A DNA stretch of 64,000 nucleotides from Mobula hypostoma (GCF_963921235.1 NC_086097.1:136340001-136404000), one strand, 5' to 3'; counted from the first letter of the stretch, positions 24,532-35,964 are shown. The notes: generated by a model not told the origin, from the sequence alone. Numbers and translations: made by a program.

Positions 24532-26149
24532 CAGGTGTCCCCCGCTTTTCGAACGTTCACTTTACGAAACCTCACTGTTACGAAAGACCTACATTACTAC
24601 CCTGTTTTCGCTTTCAGAAGGAGTTTTCACTGTTATGAAAAAAAAGCGTGCGATAAAAAGTTTAGCGCTCGAAAAAAATCAGCGCACGATAAAAGGCAGC
24701 GCGCGCCCCGAGCAGCCGCTCTGCCCCGGATTCGGAACGGCATTGCTTAAACACGTGCCTGTGAGCAGCTGTTTGCGAGATGAGTTCTATGGTGTCGGAA
24801 AAGCCTAAAAGAGCTCGTAAGCATGTTACACTTAGTGTAAAACTAGATATAATTAAGCGTTTTGATCGTGGTGAACGAAGTAAGGACAAAGTGAGTTTGG
24901 CTTGTGGGAGGTGACGAAGATGATGTTGAAGAGGTTTTGGCATTCCATGACCAAGAACTGATAGATGAAGAGCTGATGCAATTGGAAGAAGAAAGGATAA
25001 CAATCAAAACCGAATGCAGTAATGAAATGAACGTAAAGCAACTGTGTGAGATTTTTGCTGCAATGATAAGTACGACTTTAATTTTGAAAGAGTACATAGG
25101 TTTAGGTGATATTTGCAGCATGGTTTGAGTGCTTACAAAGAACTGTGTGATAGAAAAATGCGCAAGGCTCAGCAGTCAAGCAAGCCTTCCACATCAGCCA
25201 CAGCAGACGACGAACCTCGACCTTCGACATCGAGGCGGGCAGTCATAGGAGAAGATGAGCTGCCTGGTCTAATGGAAACAGACAACGAGATGACACCCCA
25301 GTGTCCCACCACCCCAACACCCAGGCCGTGGACAGATACTGTACCGATTCGCAGAGAATGCAGCAGTAGCCGGGAGGCACACAGCATATCTTTAAGAAAA
25401 AAGCCGAAATAAACATGCTAATTAATTAGGTATCGCCCCACACGTAAATGTCGGCCCAGATCAAAGGCGATGCAATCGGCAATTGGCACTGATCTCGGAC
25501 GACAATTACGTGTCAGGCAGCATCTAATTAATTAGCATGTTTATTACAGCTTTTTTCTTAATGATGTGCTGGATGCCTCCCAGCTACCTCTGGACCCCTG
25601 CGTGCTTCGCGGTTCGGTATCTGTCGGCGGCCTGGAGGCTGGGGACCACTGCACCACCCCAGCCTGCGACGATTCAGTCTAACACACAATCATCAGTGTG
25701 CTTGACGCTGTCCCAACTCCGCTAAGTGATGCCACACTGTACATACATTATTTCTACTTTATATCGGCTGTGTATTTTTACGTGTTATTTGCTATGAGTT
25801 GGCAGCTTCATAGCTTAAAGGTTACTGGAGAGCGCTTGCGCCGTGTTTTTGCCAACAGTGCTTGCGTGAGATTCTCGCTACGGAGAGCAGTGCAGCAATG
25901 ATTGTAGAAAAGTATTCTACTTTATATAGGCTGCGTATTTATCATATCATTCCTGCTTTTATTATGTGTTACTGTTATTTTAGGTTTTATGTGTTATTTG
26001 GCATGATTTGGTAGGTTATTTTTGGGTCTGCGAATGCTCACAAAATTTTCCCATATAAATAAACGGTAATTGCTTCTTCGCTTTACGACATTCCAGCTTA
26101 CAAACCATTTCACAGGAATGCTCTACCTTCGGATGGCGGGGGAAACCTG
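24532..26149 (+). mobile_element. Tigger/pogo-like non-autonomous DNA transposon, copy 1
   Basis: TA TSD. TIRs caggtgtcccccgcttttcgaa and ttcggatggcgggggaaacctg. The remnant MVSEKPKRARKHVTLSVKLDIIKRFDRGER (CENP-B-type HTH) is joined to the acidic C-terminus DEDDVEEVLAFHDQELIDEELMQLEE. The DDE core is absent. Confidence 0.92.
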
Positions 26150-26162
26150 TATCTCTCAAAAC

Positions 26163-26243
26163 CAGGGGCTCCCAACCTGGGGTGCACAGAATACTTGGTT
26201 AATGGTAGGGATCCATGGCTTAAAAAAGATGGGGAGCCCCCTG
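26163..26243. mobile_element. hAT (Charlie-like) MITE, 81 bp
   Basis: TIRs caggggctcccaacct and gatggggagccccctg. 8-bp TSD ctcaaaac/ctctaaac (1 mismatch). Confidence 0.8.
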
Positions 26244-26307
26244 CTCTAAACCTTTCCTGTCTATATACCTGACCAACTGTCTTTTGAACTTTGTAGTTGT
26301 TCTGGTT

Positions 26308-27189
26308 TAACATGGCGCTACTGAAGATGTGCGACAACTTACTGGTGGTTCATTAAGCATGAAATACAATTAAACACTTTATTAATAACACTTTTTCTGT
26401 GGAAAATTGTGGTAAACGATCACTGCAAACAATAAAGCGGTGAGCAAAGGCGAGGCTGACTCCAAGATCGAGGTGTGCAGGGGGTGCAATGCAAAGTCAG
26501 AGCGAGGTTGAGGCATTTTCAAGAAGAAGTGGTCGGAGCAAGGTCAGATATGGTGGAGACAGAATCAGGGCGTGCGAAGCGGAGAAAAGTCGGAGCGGAG
26601 GAGGTTTGGAGCCTGTCCACCTGAATCGAGAGTGAGGCTTGATTGACCTAAGTGCCGGGCCGATTTGGAAAGACCAGAAATGTGGCGGCGGGGTCCAGGC
26701 CCAGAGTGCATCAATGCGACAGGGCCTGGGTTCCAGTGTGAGGGATGACCCGATGTTTGGATGATTTAAACGCTGGGCTGGATGGATTGAAAAGGCAGGG
26801 TGTCAGGACTGGAGGCGGGGGTTGGGCCAGTTCTGCTTGCTGCTCCACAACGTTTACTCTGCTCTCCACAGCTGCTCCGGCTGCTCCAGTCTTCGTGTCT
26901 GCGAGCTCCACAGCAACTTGCTCCACTGTGTGATGACCTCAGGCTGTCGGCCTGTTCCAGCTGCTCCAGCCTTCGCGTCCATGGACTCGCTTTCATTCTG
27001 AATGTTTTTGCTTGTTTTTATTGTTTGCACAATTTGTGTTTTTCTCTCTCTGTGCATTGGGTGTTTGTTAATCTTTTTTTAATATGTTCTTTTGGGTTTC
27101 TTGTTTTGTGGCTGCCTGTAAAGAGATGAGTCTCAAGGTTGTATGATTTATACATACTTTGATAATAAATGCGCTGTGAACTTTGAACA
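26308..27189 (+). mobile_element. Non-coding retroposed element (unclassified family A), apparently full-length
   Basis: Starts aacatggcgc. Shares aaattgtggtaaacgatcactgcaaaca and the tail gtggctgcctgtaa...gataataaatgcgctgtgaactttgaa with copies at 30190-32993 and 59373-60108. Confidence 0.75.
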
Positions 27190-27420
27190 GCTCTACCACT
27201 TCCTTTAGCTGTTTGCTTATCAGTTCTGATATGGGTCCCAGATCTGAAACATTAGCTTTGTTCCTCCTTCTACATATACTGCCAAGCCTGCTTGGTGTTT
27301 CCAGAAGTTTCTGTTTTTATTCTAAATCTGACTATTGCCATTGACGCTGAATTAGCCTCAAAATGCATGCATTTCTAAATGACAATAAACGAGGACTGAG
27401 TGTCCTCATAACCTAACCTA

Positions 27421-27748
27421 AAGATTTGGGGGAGTAGATTTAGGATGGAGATGAAGAGTAACTACTTTTCCCAGAGAGTGGTGAATCTGTGGAATTCTCT
27501 GCCCAATGAAACAGTGGAAGTTACCTCAGTAAATATATTTAAAGGTTGGATTGATTTTTGCATAGTTGGGGAATTAAGGGTTATGGGAAAAGGCAGGTAC
27601 CTCCATCTTACTTTATGTGTGGATCAGAACTGGTCATTTTTGCCTGGAGATGAGTCCATGGCCAGATCAGCCATGATCTCATTGAATGGTGGAGTAGGCT
27701 CAATGGGCCAGGTGGCCCACTCCTGCTCCAAGTTCTTATGTTCTTGTG
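27421..27748 (+). mobile_element. CR1 3' end carrying a 53-bp foreign segment
   Basis: NYFSQRVVNLWNSLP, plus the tail cctgctccaagttcttatgttcttgtg. Confidence 0.85.
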
Positions 27749-29334
27749 ATCTTCTTTCACCTCCTGCCAATGGATGAAACATGAATCCCATCCTTGCTCA
27801 TTTCCACTCCATCAATACCTACACCCACCCCGCCCCATCATCAGCACTGTTACTGGCATCAGGGGACATGGTATTGGAAAGGCAACAGAAGAGGAATTTG
27901 GAATGGGGCCCACCAAATGATAAAGGACAACTAACAAAAGAAACAGACAGAAGAGGAAGAAAATAATTTTTAAGGCCTACACCTAGTTTGCTCCTAGTTT
28001 ACATGCCCACTTTGTTATGGCCTGGGGATGTGCTGGTGATAAAGAGCAGTGGAAGTTGATTGAACAGGGATTCTCAAAAGAAAAAAACGTCTGGTTCAAA
28101 GATGAAAATCTGCACCTGTACTCAATTGAGTTCAGAAGGGTGGTAGGCGGTGGGGAGTGGAATCTTATTGAAACTTACTGAATACTGAAAGACCTTGCTT
28201 GGTGAGGATGTTTCCATTAGGAAGAAAGTCTAGAATCTGAGTGCATAGCCTGAGAATAAATAAAGGGACATCACTTGAAAAATGAGATGAGGAGAAATTT
28301 CTTCAGACAATGAGTGATGAATCTATAGAATTCATTGCTGCAGAGAATAGAGGCCAAGTATTCACAGCAGGCACTGATGAGTTCTTGATTGATAAGGAGA
28401 CCAAGACAGGAGAATGGAGTTGGGAAAAAAAACCCATGATAGAATGGCAGAGCAGACTCAATGGGCCAAATGGCCTAATTCTGCCTCCATAGCTTCCATT
28501 CTTATGGTCTTATGGAAAAGGTAAAATAGAGTCTTCACAACAGAACCTGGTGGGGGAGCCCTCTCAAAGACTACTCATCTCCACCTTTGCTCTGTAATTC
28601 TAAGGTTCCATACTGAATCAGTGAACATTCAAAATAACCCGTCAAGTGAGACTGCCTCTTACCTCCAGCATATTTCAACAGGACACAGAGAACTCTCCCA
28701 GAATCCTTACTTAAAAGAAATTATATATGTGCTTATAATATAATCAAAACCAGATGTCCAGAAATAAATTTAAAGGAGCTCTTTTATAATTTTGACCTCT
28801 GAAGGGTTTTGTTGACTGAAGCACTGTATCTGTCTTTAAGATTTCACACCGAAGTCCTTAATTTTCACATTGTTTTATTCTTTTCAATGTATTTATTTAT
28901 ACAAAGATACTTTGCTGAAAGCCACACAGGTTGTATGTTCTGTACAGAGAAGTCTGAAGGTCCTACAGAAACAGACTGAGACTCTGGTCCACAATGTATG
29001 TAAATGTTGGGGAATGAAGTAGGACATAGCACTTCCTGTCATTTGATTAAAAAAAAATTATCTACAGACTGAGCCTCCAGGCTTCAGTCCGCAAACATCC
29101 ATCATAAGGTCTGCACTGCACAGGACAGGTTCAGTTTCTGAGCTGTGCAGCATTAGTCGTTTGCAAAGAACATAGAAAGTACAGCATAAGAATGGGTCCT
29201 TCAGCCCACGGTGTCTGTACTGACCCTGAGTCGAAGCTAAATCTAGCTGCCTGCACATGGCCTGTACCACTCTAATCTGTTCATGTGCCTATCTAAATGT
29301 CTGCTAAACATTACTATTGTATCCACAATCAGAA

Positions 29335-29510
29335 GAGATGCTGCAGATGTTGGAAATCTTGAGCAACACACAAAAAATGCTGGAGGAACTCATTAAGTCA
29401 GGCAGCATCAATGAGGGTGAATAAACAGTCAGTGTTTCCGGCCTAGACCCTTCATCAAGTCTGGATAGGAAGGGGGAGGTAGCCAGAATAAGGTGGGGGG
29501 AGTGGAAGGA
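29335..29510 (-). mobile_element. Penelope terminal repeat fragment (decayed hammerhead)
   Basis: The reverse complement reads ccagacttgatgaagggtctaggccggaaacactgactg...gagttcctccagcatttt. Confidence 0.75.
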
Positions 29511-30899
29511 TTACTTGTACTGCATCAGAGTACAAGTGACAAAAATATACTAATAATCCTTGTTAGGGAGTATTCTGGAGCTATGTGAATATAGCAGATA
29601 TCAACTCAGACAAGTACCAGTCATCAGTTCTAAAAGCAAATTGCAAATTGCAGGCAGTAAATTGAAGTTAAAAGCACACCTTTGCAAATTGGCGATTATG
29701 AGCTGTTTGTGTATTCATCAGCCAAATGTAAAGACAATGGGGTTATGTTAATTGGCTTGCATCAAACCAAGCAACGTGGCTAGGTTATTTGTGCCATTGT
29801 GACCGAGCTGGCAGATCAAGCTGATGTTGTCACTTAGCATATCAAACATGGTCACGATTATAGCTGCAATCAATAGCTGATCTACTGCGTATTCTGGCTC
29901 GGAGGATGAAGTGTGGAGTGGCTACTGAGAACACGGGTAGTGTAGGAGATGCCATTTGGAATGTCAGAGGTACATGAATACTTACTCAGGGCATTATTTG
30001 TAGTTGTCTGACTCTATGTGAAAAACCCCTGAAAATCAAAGCCTAAGATGGGCGATAGTCCAGAAATATCTAAATTCCTACAGAAAAGGGGTACAGCAAC
30101 ATCAAGGTCTCAGTTATGGAGAGAGGAGAAGTCACTGAGTATATACTCCATAAACTTGAGGAGGTTGAACAGGGAATAGACAAAGTTGGATGGGTTGTGT
30201 TAAATTATCACCGCAAACAGTGAGGGGGCAAGCAATGGTGCGGCGAGTTGAGGGGATGAGCTGAGACGGTGTGTTGCAGAATTGTAGCAGACAGAGTGAG
30301 CCATTTGGAGAGGAGGAGTTGGGATAAAGGGGATCTGATGCCCATACAGCTGGCCCAGGTGTGAGGTTGGATCGCACTGAATGCCAAGCTGATTTGAGGG
30401 ACTTGAGAGCAGCTTCGGGCTGGGTGGCGAAATCTGGGCCTGCAGCAAGTTGCTGGGTGGCACATTCTAGGCCCCAAGCCCTTCACTGCAGCCAGGTCCA
30501 AGTGCGAGGTGTGATCTGCTGTTTAGACAATTTAAACGCTGGCCCACATTGTAGGCTAGAATGGATTTCGCTTACTCTCCGTGATGTTCACTTCTCTCTC
30601 CAGGGTGCCAGAGCCTTTCACTGTTCTGTGGTTTGGTCAATTTAAACACCATCCCAGATAGACTGAAAAAACAGGGTGTCGAGATCTGAGGTGAGAACCA
30701 ATTTCACTCGCTCCCTGTGATGGTTACTCCTCTCTCCGTGACACTGTCACTATGAAAACTACCCCGGCTGCTGTGCTCCATACCCATTAATATGATGAAC
30801 TGATAAGTGAGGCCTTGGGCCTACTCTGGGCTGCTCCGGAGTTCGGATCTGAGGACTCAATTTTGTTCAGAATGTTGATGTTTGCGACACACGCTGGTT

Positions 30900-32160
30900 G
30901 ATGGCAGATGCAATCTCAATGGCTTTCCACGCGGCTTTATACCACCTGGGCAACACAAACACCTATATCAGGATGCTGTTCATTGACTATAGCTCAGTAT
31001 TTAATACCATCTTTCCCACAATCCTGATTGAGAAGTTGTAGAATCTGGACCTCTGTAACTCCCTCTGCAACTGGATCCTCGACTTCCTAACCAGAAGACC
31101 ACAGTCTGTGTGGATGGTGACAATATCTTCTCCTCGCTGACGATCAACACTGGCGCACCTCAAGGGTGCGTGCTTAGCCCACTGCTCTACTCTCTGTATA
31201 CACAAGACTGTGTGGCTAGGCATAGCTCAAATACCATCTATAAATTTGCTGATGATACAACCATTGTTGGTAGAATCTCAGATGGAGATGAGAGGGCGTA
31301 CAGGAGTGAGATATGCCAACTAGTGGAGTGGTGTCGCAGCAACAACCTTGAATTCAACATCAGTAAGGCGAAAGAGCTGATTGTGGACTTCAGGAAGAGT
31401 AAGACGAAGGAACAGATACCAATCCTCATAGGGGGATCAGAAGTGAGCGAGCAGTTTCAAGTTCTTGGGTGTTAAGATCTCTGAGGATCTAACCTGGTCC
31501 CAACAAACTGATGTAGTCATGAAGAAGACAGGACAGTGGCTATTCTTTATTAGGAGTTTGAAGAGATTTGGTATGTCAACAAATGCACTCAAAAACTTCT
31601 ATAGTTGTTCCCGGGAGAGCATTCTGACAGGCTGCATCACTGTCTGGTATGAAGGGGGGGAGGGGGGGTGCTACTGCACAGGACCGAAAGAAGCCGCAGA
31701 GGGTTGTAAATTTAGTCGGCTCAGTCTTGGGTACTAACCTACAAAGTACCCAGGACATCTTCAGGGAGTGGTGTCTCAGTAAAGCAGCGTCCATTATTGA
31801 GGACCTCCGGCACCCAGGGCATGCCCTTTTCTCACTGTTACCATCAGGTAGGAGGTACAGAAGCCTGAAGGCACACACTCAGCGATTCAAGAACAGCTTC
31901 TTCCCCTCTGTCATCTGATTCCTAAATGGCCATTGAACCCTTGGACACTACCTCACTTTTTTAATATACAGTATTTCTACTTTTTGCACGATTTTTAATC
32001 TATTCAATATACGTATACTGTATAAAGTATGCTGAATAAGATTTACTTATTTATTATTATTTTATTTTTTTCTTCTAGATTACGTATTGCATTGAACTGC
32101 TGCTACCAAGTTAACAAATTCCACATCACATGCCGGTGATAATAAACCTGATTCTGATTC
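30900..32160 (+). mobile_element. Rex1/Babar LINE 3' half
   Basis: NTGAPQGCVLSPLLYSLYTQDC..KFADDTTIVG and PSGRRYRSLKAHTQRFKNSFFP. Tail aataaacctgattctgattc. Confidence 0.92.
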
Positions 32161-32805
32161 CTTGGCTGCACAAGTCTCGGGAAGACGACTTCCAGCCCCG
32201 CCAAACTCCTGAGATTGAGGCGCAGTCGATCCCAGCCCAAACCCCGGTTTGTGCGGATGCTGTGTCGTTTGCTACCCTGTTACAAATTAATGCCACAAAA
32301 TAACAGATAGTACACTGCATACCATTAAAGGAACTATAATCATGAATCTTAACTGAAGGGTTAGTAAAGAATAACAAAAAGAAAAGGGCCCATTCTAATT
32401 AAACAGTCAAATGTGCAAAAGTTGGAGCTCATCTTAAATTTCTCTGTCACTCATGCGCTGGGCCCTCGGTCAACATGAAAGCACAGACCATCTTCCGAAC
32501 GTCGCTCGCAATCCACCTGGAACCAACAGGTCTCCCACCAGATCGTATGCTACGACTGGTTCTCCCCAGCACCTTCTCTCTTCGTCTTCTCTTGAACAAA
32601 GGAAACCCGAAGCCCAGCTTTAGTGGCCCTCACCAGAGAAACCTCCCCCTTAATTCGACCATCCTATCTGGATGGCACACATTTCTTCTCATTTCTTATC
32701 TTCAACAATAACCCAAACGTAAGCTGAAAACAAGCAGCTCTCACAGAACAGCACAAAATGAAATACATACAGCATAACAGTAAAAATATGAACCAGAGCA
32801 TTACA
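32161..32805 (-). mobile_element. Probable solo LTR (minus strand)
   Basis: The minus strand begins TGTAATGCTCTGG at 32805, exactly where the host element resumes. Non-coding. A possible CA end is displaced to about 30883-30899 by the Rex1 insertion. No clear TSD. Confidence 0.55.
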
Positions 32806-32999
32806 TTCATTTCCATTGTTAGCATGATTTGTGTTTTTTTTCTTTCTCTTGCACATCGGGTGTTGGCCTTTTTATTTTTTCCCTTTAATTGGGTTCTTTC
32901 AGGTTTCTTGTTTTGTGGCTACCTGTAAGCAAACAAAACTCGAAATTGTATAATTTATACATTCTTTGATAATAAATGTACTTTGAATCTTTAAGACTT

Positions 33000-33830
33000 G
33001 GATCCCAGAGGAACATTGGCAGTGGTGGGTGGAAAAATCAATCAAAGCGGGAGGACGATAAAGCAGCAGTTATTCTGTCATGTATATTTCCAAGAGACAA
33101 CAAAGTGCCTGGAACCACATAGTGTACAAGCAAAAGGAAAGGGATGAATACAGAGAACAATGAGACAGTGTACAAGTAGAGTTGGACGGGTTGATAGAAC
33201 AGAACACATGCAGAGAGACAGAGAGAGAGAGAGATGGGTGAAAAACAGGCAGAACAATTAGAACAATACAAGAATGAATTAGGCAGGGATCTTGGCAGAC
33301 TGAGAGGTAAATAGGACAAGGTCCAGCAGATGGGTACTTACCGAGCAGCTGCCATGGGAATAACCAATGAAGAAGGTGATGAGGGAAATCGTGAAGCATT
33401 GGACCAGGGTATTGGCAAGTGGGGAAGTGCCCGTTAACTGGAAAGGTTATTCCCTGCACTCCCTGTCAGAATGGTACCTATAGAGACCAGGCAATGGCAG
33501 ACTCAGAACCCCAATGATCCTAGCCAGTCATACCCCCTCATCACCACCATCCACAAATCCTTCACCCCAGGGGAAAAACAAAGTGTTCTATCTGAACTGC
33601 CTTCACTTGGAGTTTTACATGGCAATGCAGAATTTTGGTGTAAGTTAGAAGAAGTGGTAGAAGTCCACAAGATGCACCGCAAAGATATTCACATATTGGT
33701 TAAAGCTAAATGCCCAAGAAATATGAGGGACAGAATGACCCCAGGGGTGCAGAATAGAACATGGGCAGCTAGTAGGAATGGCAGTAATGAGGAGAGGTAT
33801 CAGAACTTTAGTGGAGAGAGAGAGAGAGAG
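33000..33830 (+). pseudogene. Putative degenerate gag-like ORF of an LTR element/ERV
   Basis: Broken coiled-coil-like frames (KQKERDEYREQ; KQAEQLEQYKNELGRDLGRLRGK), then ORF 33471-33881 with HKSFTPGEKQSVLSELP..FWCKLEEVVEVHKMHRKDIHILVKAKCP. Confidence 0.4.
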
Positions 33831-35964
33831 AAAGAGAGGGAGGAAGAGAGAAAATATACGTATATATGCGTGAACGCGTGAGAGCAAAGTCTGTCATGTG
33901 TTCGTTAAATCTGTATTGGAAGGATGTTTGAGTTAATCCAAAAGGAAAGTTCTGTTACTAGATGTGAAATTCATTCACAGGATATCTTTTTACGAAGTAT
34001 CTAAGACATGGTGTGAATGTGTATATGTCGAAGGCCCACCCATCTATCATTTCTTTTTCTTTGTTCATTGAAATATGCTTATTCTGTACTAAATGTTTAT
34101 TCCAAGTATTTTTCAGTTCATTTGTGAAACTTCAGAAGGATGAAAAGTGCAAGGATATATTCTTGTTTTCTCTTATCTATGTTTGAAGTTTGTGTCTATT
34201 TACTTATTTGTTTTGGAATTGATATTGGAGACAGAGACCCAGATTTCACACCGGCCATGTGGAATCCAGTTTAAGGTAATAGAAATGTGAGTACCTGTAT
34301 TCTGGATATGAGATTCCCACATTCTTGAAAGAAATTGGCATTTTGGGAAATTGGTGATTCGTGTATCCTCAAATTGAGAATTTGAAAATTATGTTATTGG
34401 AAAGAGATTGGAGTGATCTGAAGGACAGTGATCTGAAAAATTGTTTTCCTTCTTAACAAGAATATTCAATTTGGAATATTTTGGAAAAAAAACTCTGCAA
34501 AGTCAAGACATAGTCAGTGTACTCCACATGAAAAGCAAATGAGTATGCAAATGTAGAATGTGCTTGAAGTGCAGCATGTGTCTGGTAAAATGCAAATGAA
34601 AGCTGACCATTGCTGACCTTAGAGAACCAGAGGGAGAAGCAGGCCAAGTGTGTCAGCCCACTAACAATCTCATTATAGGAAATTAAACAATGACCACCAA
34701 CCTCCTGATTGAAGAAGGCCTGTGAGTGAAAAGGAAAGGGAACGTGAAAACAAAGAGAACGTGACAGCAAGCCGTGAGTAAAGTTTAAGGTATAACGGTA
34801 ACTATACTTTGTAATGAAGGCTGGTTCTGGAAGTTAGTTGATTAGTTATATAGATCAGAATAAAAATATATTGGGAAAATAGAATCCGAGTTGTGGCAGA
34901 GATATCAAGTTTCACAACCTTGATGTAAAGCAGATTGAAAATGAGAAGGAATTTCACACAATGTCTGAAGGCAGTCACCCCCGCCTGAATGTGGAATGTA
35001 CACAGATGAGCTGGGCCCTTTCAGCAGTTGGACCAGTGACTGAAAGGAGAATTCGGGAGGGGTGCCACCAAAGTGAGGTGCTTGCAACCATTCCTAACCC
35101 TCCTGGAGATCAATACTATTGAAATTGTATTGAATCACTTGCTGCTACTTTTGATCTTAAGGGTATAAAAGTGTGATGTACTTTTGGGTTGTGTGCCTCT
35201 ACCAAGAGTATCTCTGTGAGAATATCTGTTTGTTGTAATGTTAAAGACTTTCACATCCAGCGTCTGTCCAGTGACTTCAATCACACTCACAACAATCCTC
35301 TTTAAAGCCTCCCGAGATGTAGCCTCCAGGAAGGAGCCTTCCAACAATTCACCATTGTGGAGTTGGAGAAGGAATAATCCGTAAAATTATAGCCAGGCCT
35401 TTAAAGATGAGGCACTCATGCACAGCAGGTGATGGAAGTTAGGAACTCTGATCTGATCTGAAAAATACCAAGTAAGAGTCTGTGAATGTGACAGCATTGC
35501 CGGGAAGGTAATGTGAAGGAGGTAATTTGTTCAGAATTCTGACAGCCAAGCTACTCATGGACTTTGACGTCTGGGCCCTCACACTCCTGTATCTTGTCCC
35601 AAAGGTAGAAGAGGGGGAAGGAAATGACCAGGGTAGCAGGCATCTGTGCTGATACTGTTGGCCATTCTGAAGCAATACACCATGAAGAGGGACTGGATGG
35701 AAGGAAATGCTAAACCTGTGACGAACTGAGCATCTATTATGAATAAAGTAGGTTTGTGAAATAAAAACAGACAATCTAGGCTGTGATCTCCACTGTTACT
35801 ACAGGATATAGAACATTACAACACAATACAGACCCTTCAGCCCACAATGTTGTGTTTACCCTACTCTAAAATCAATCTAATGCTTCCTCCTACAGAGCCC
35901 TCCATCCTTCTATCACCCATGTGTTCAGATCTGGTCACCCTGCTATAGCAGACCTGTGGACAAA

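Larger units (their letters stand above)
30190..32993 (+). mobile_element. Family A element split by nested insertions (30190-30882 plus 32806-32993)
   Basis: Both parts are collinear with 26400-27189. Tail gataataaatgtactttgaatctttaa. Confidence 0.7.

Noticed and set aside
24790..25130. Domesticated Tigger-derived (TIGD/CENP-B-like) gene
   Set aside because: It is flanked by TIRs and a TA TSD, present in two copies, frameshifted and lacks the DDE domain.
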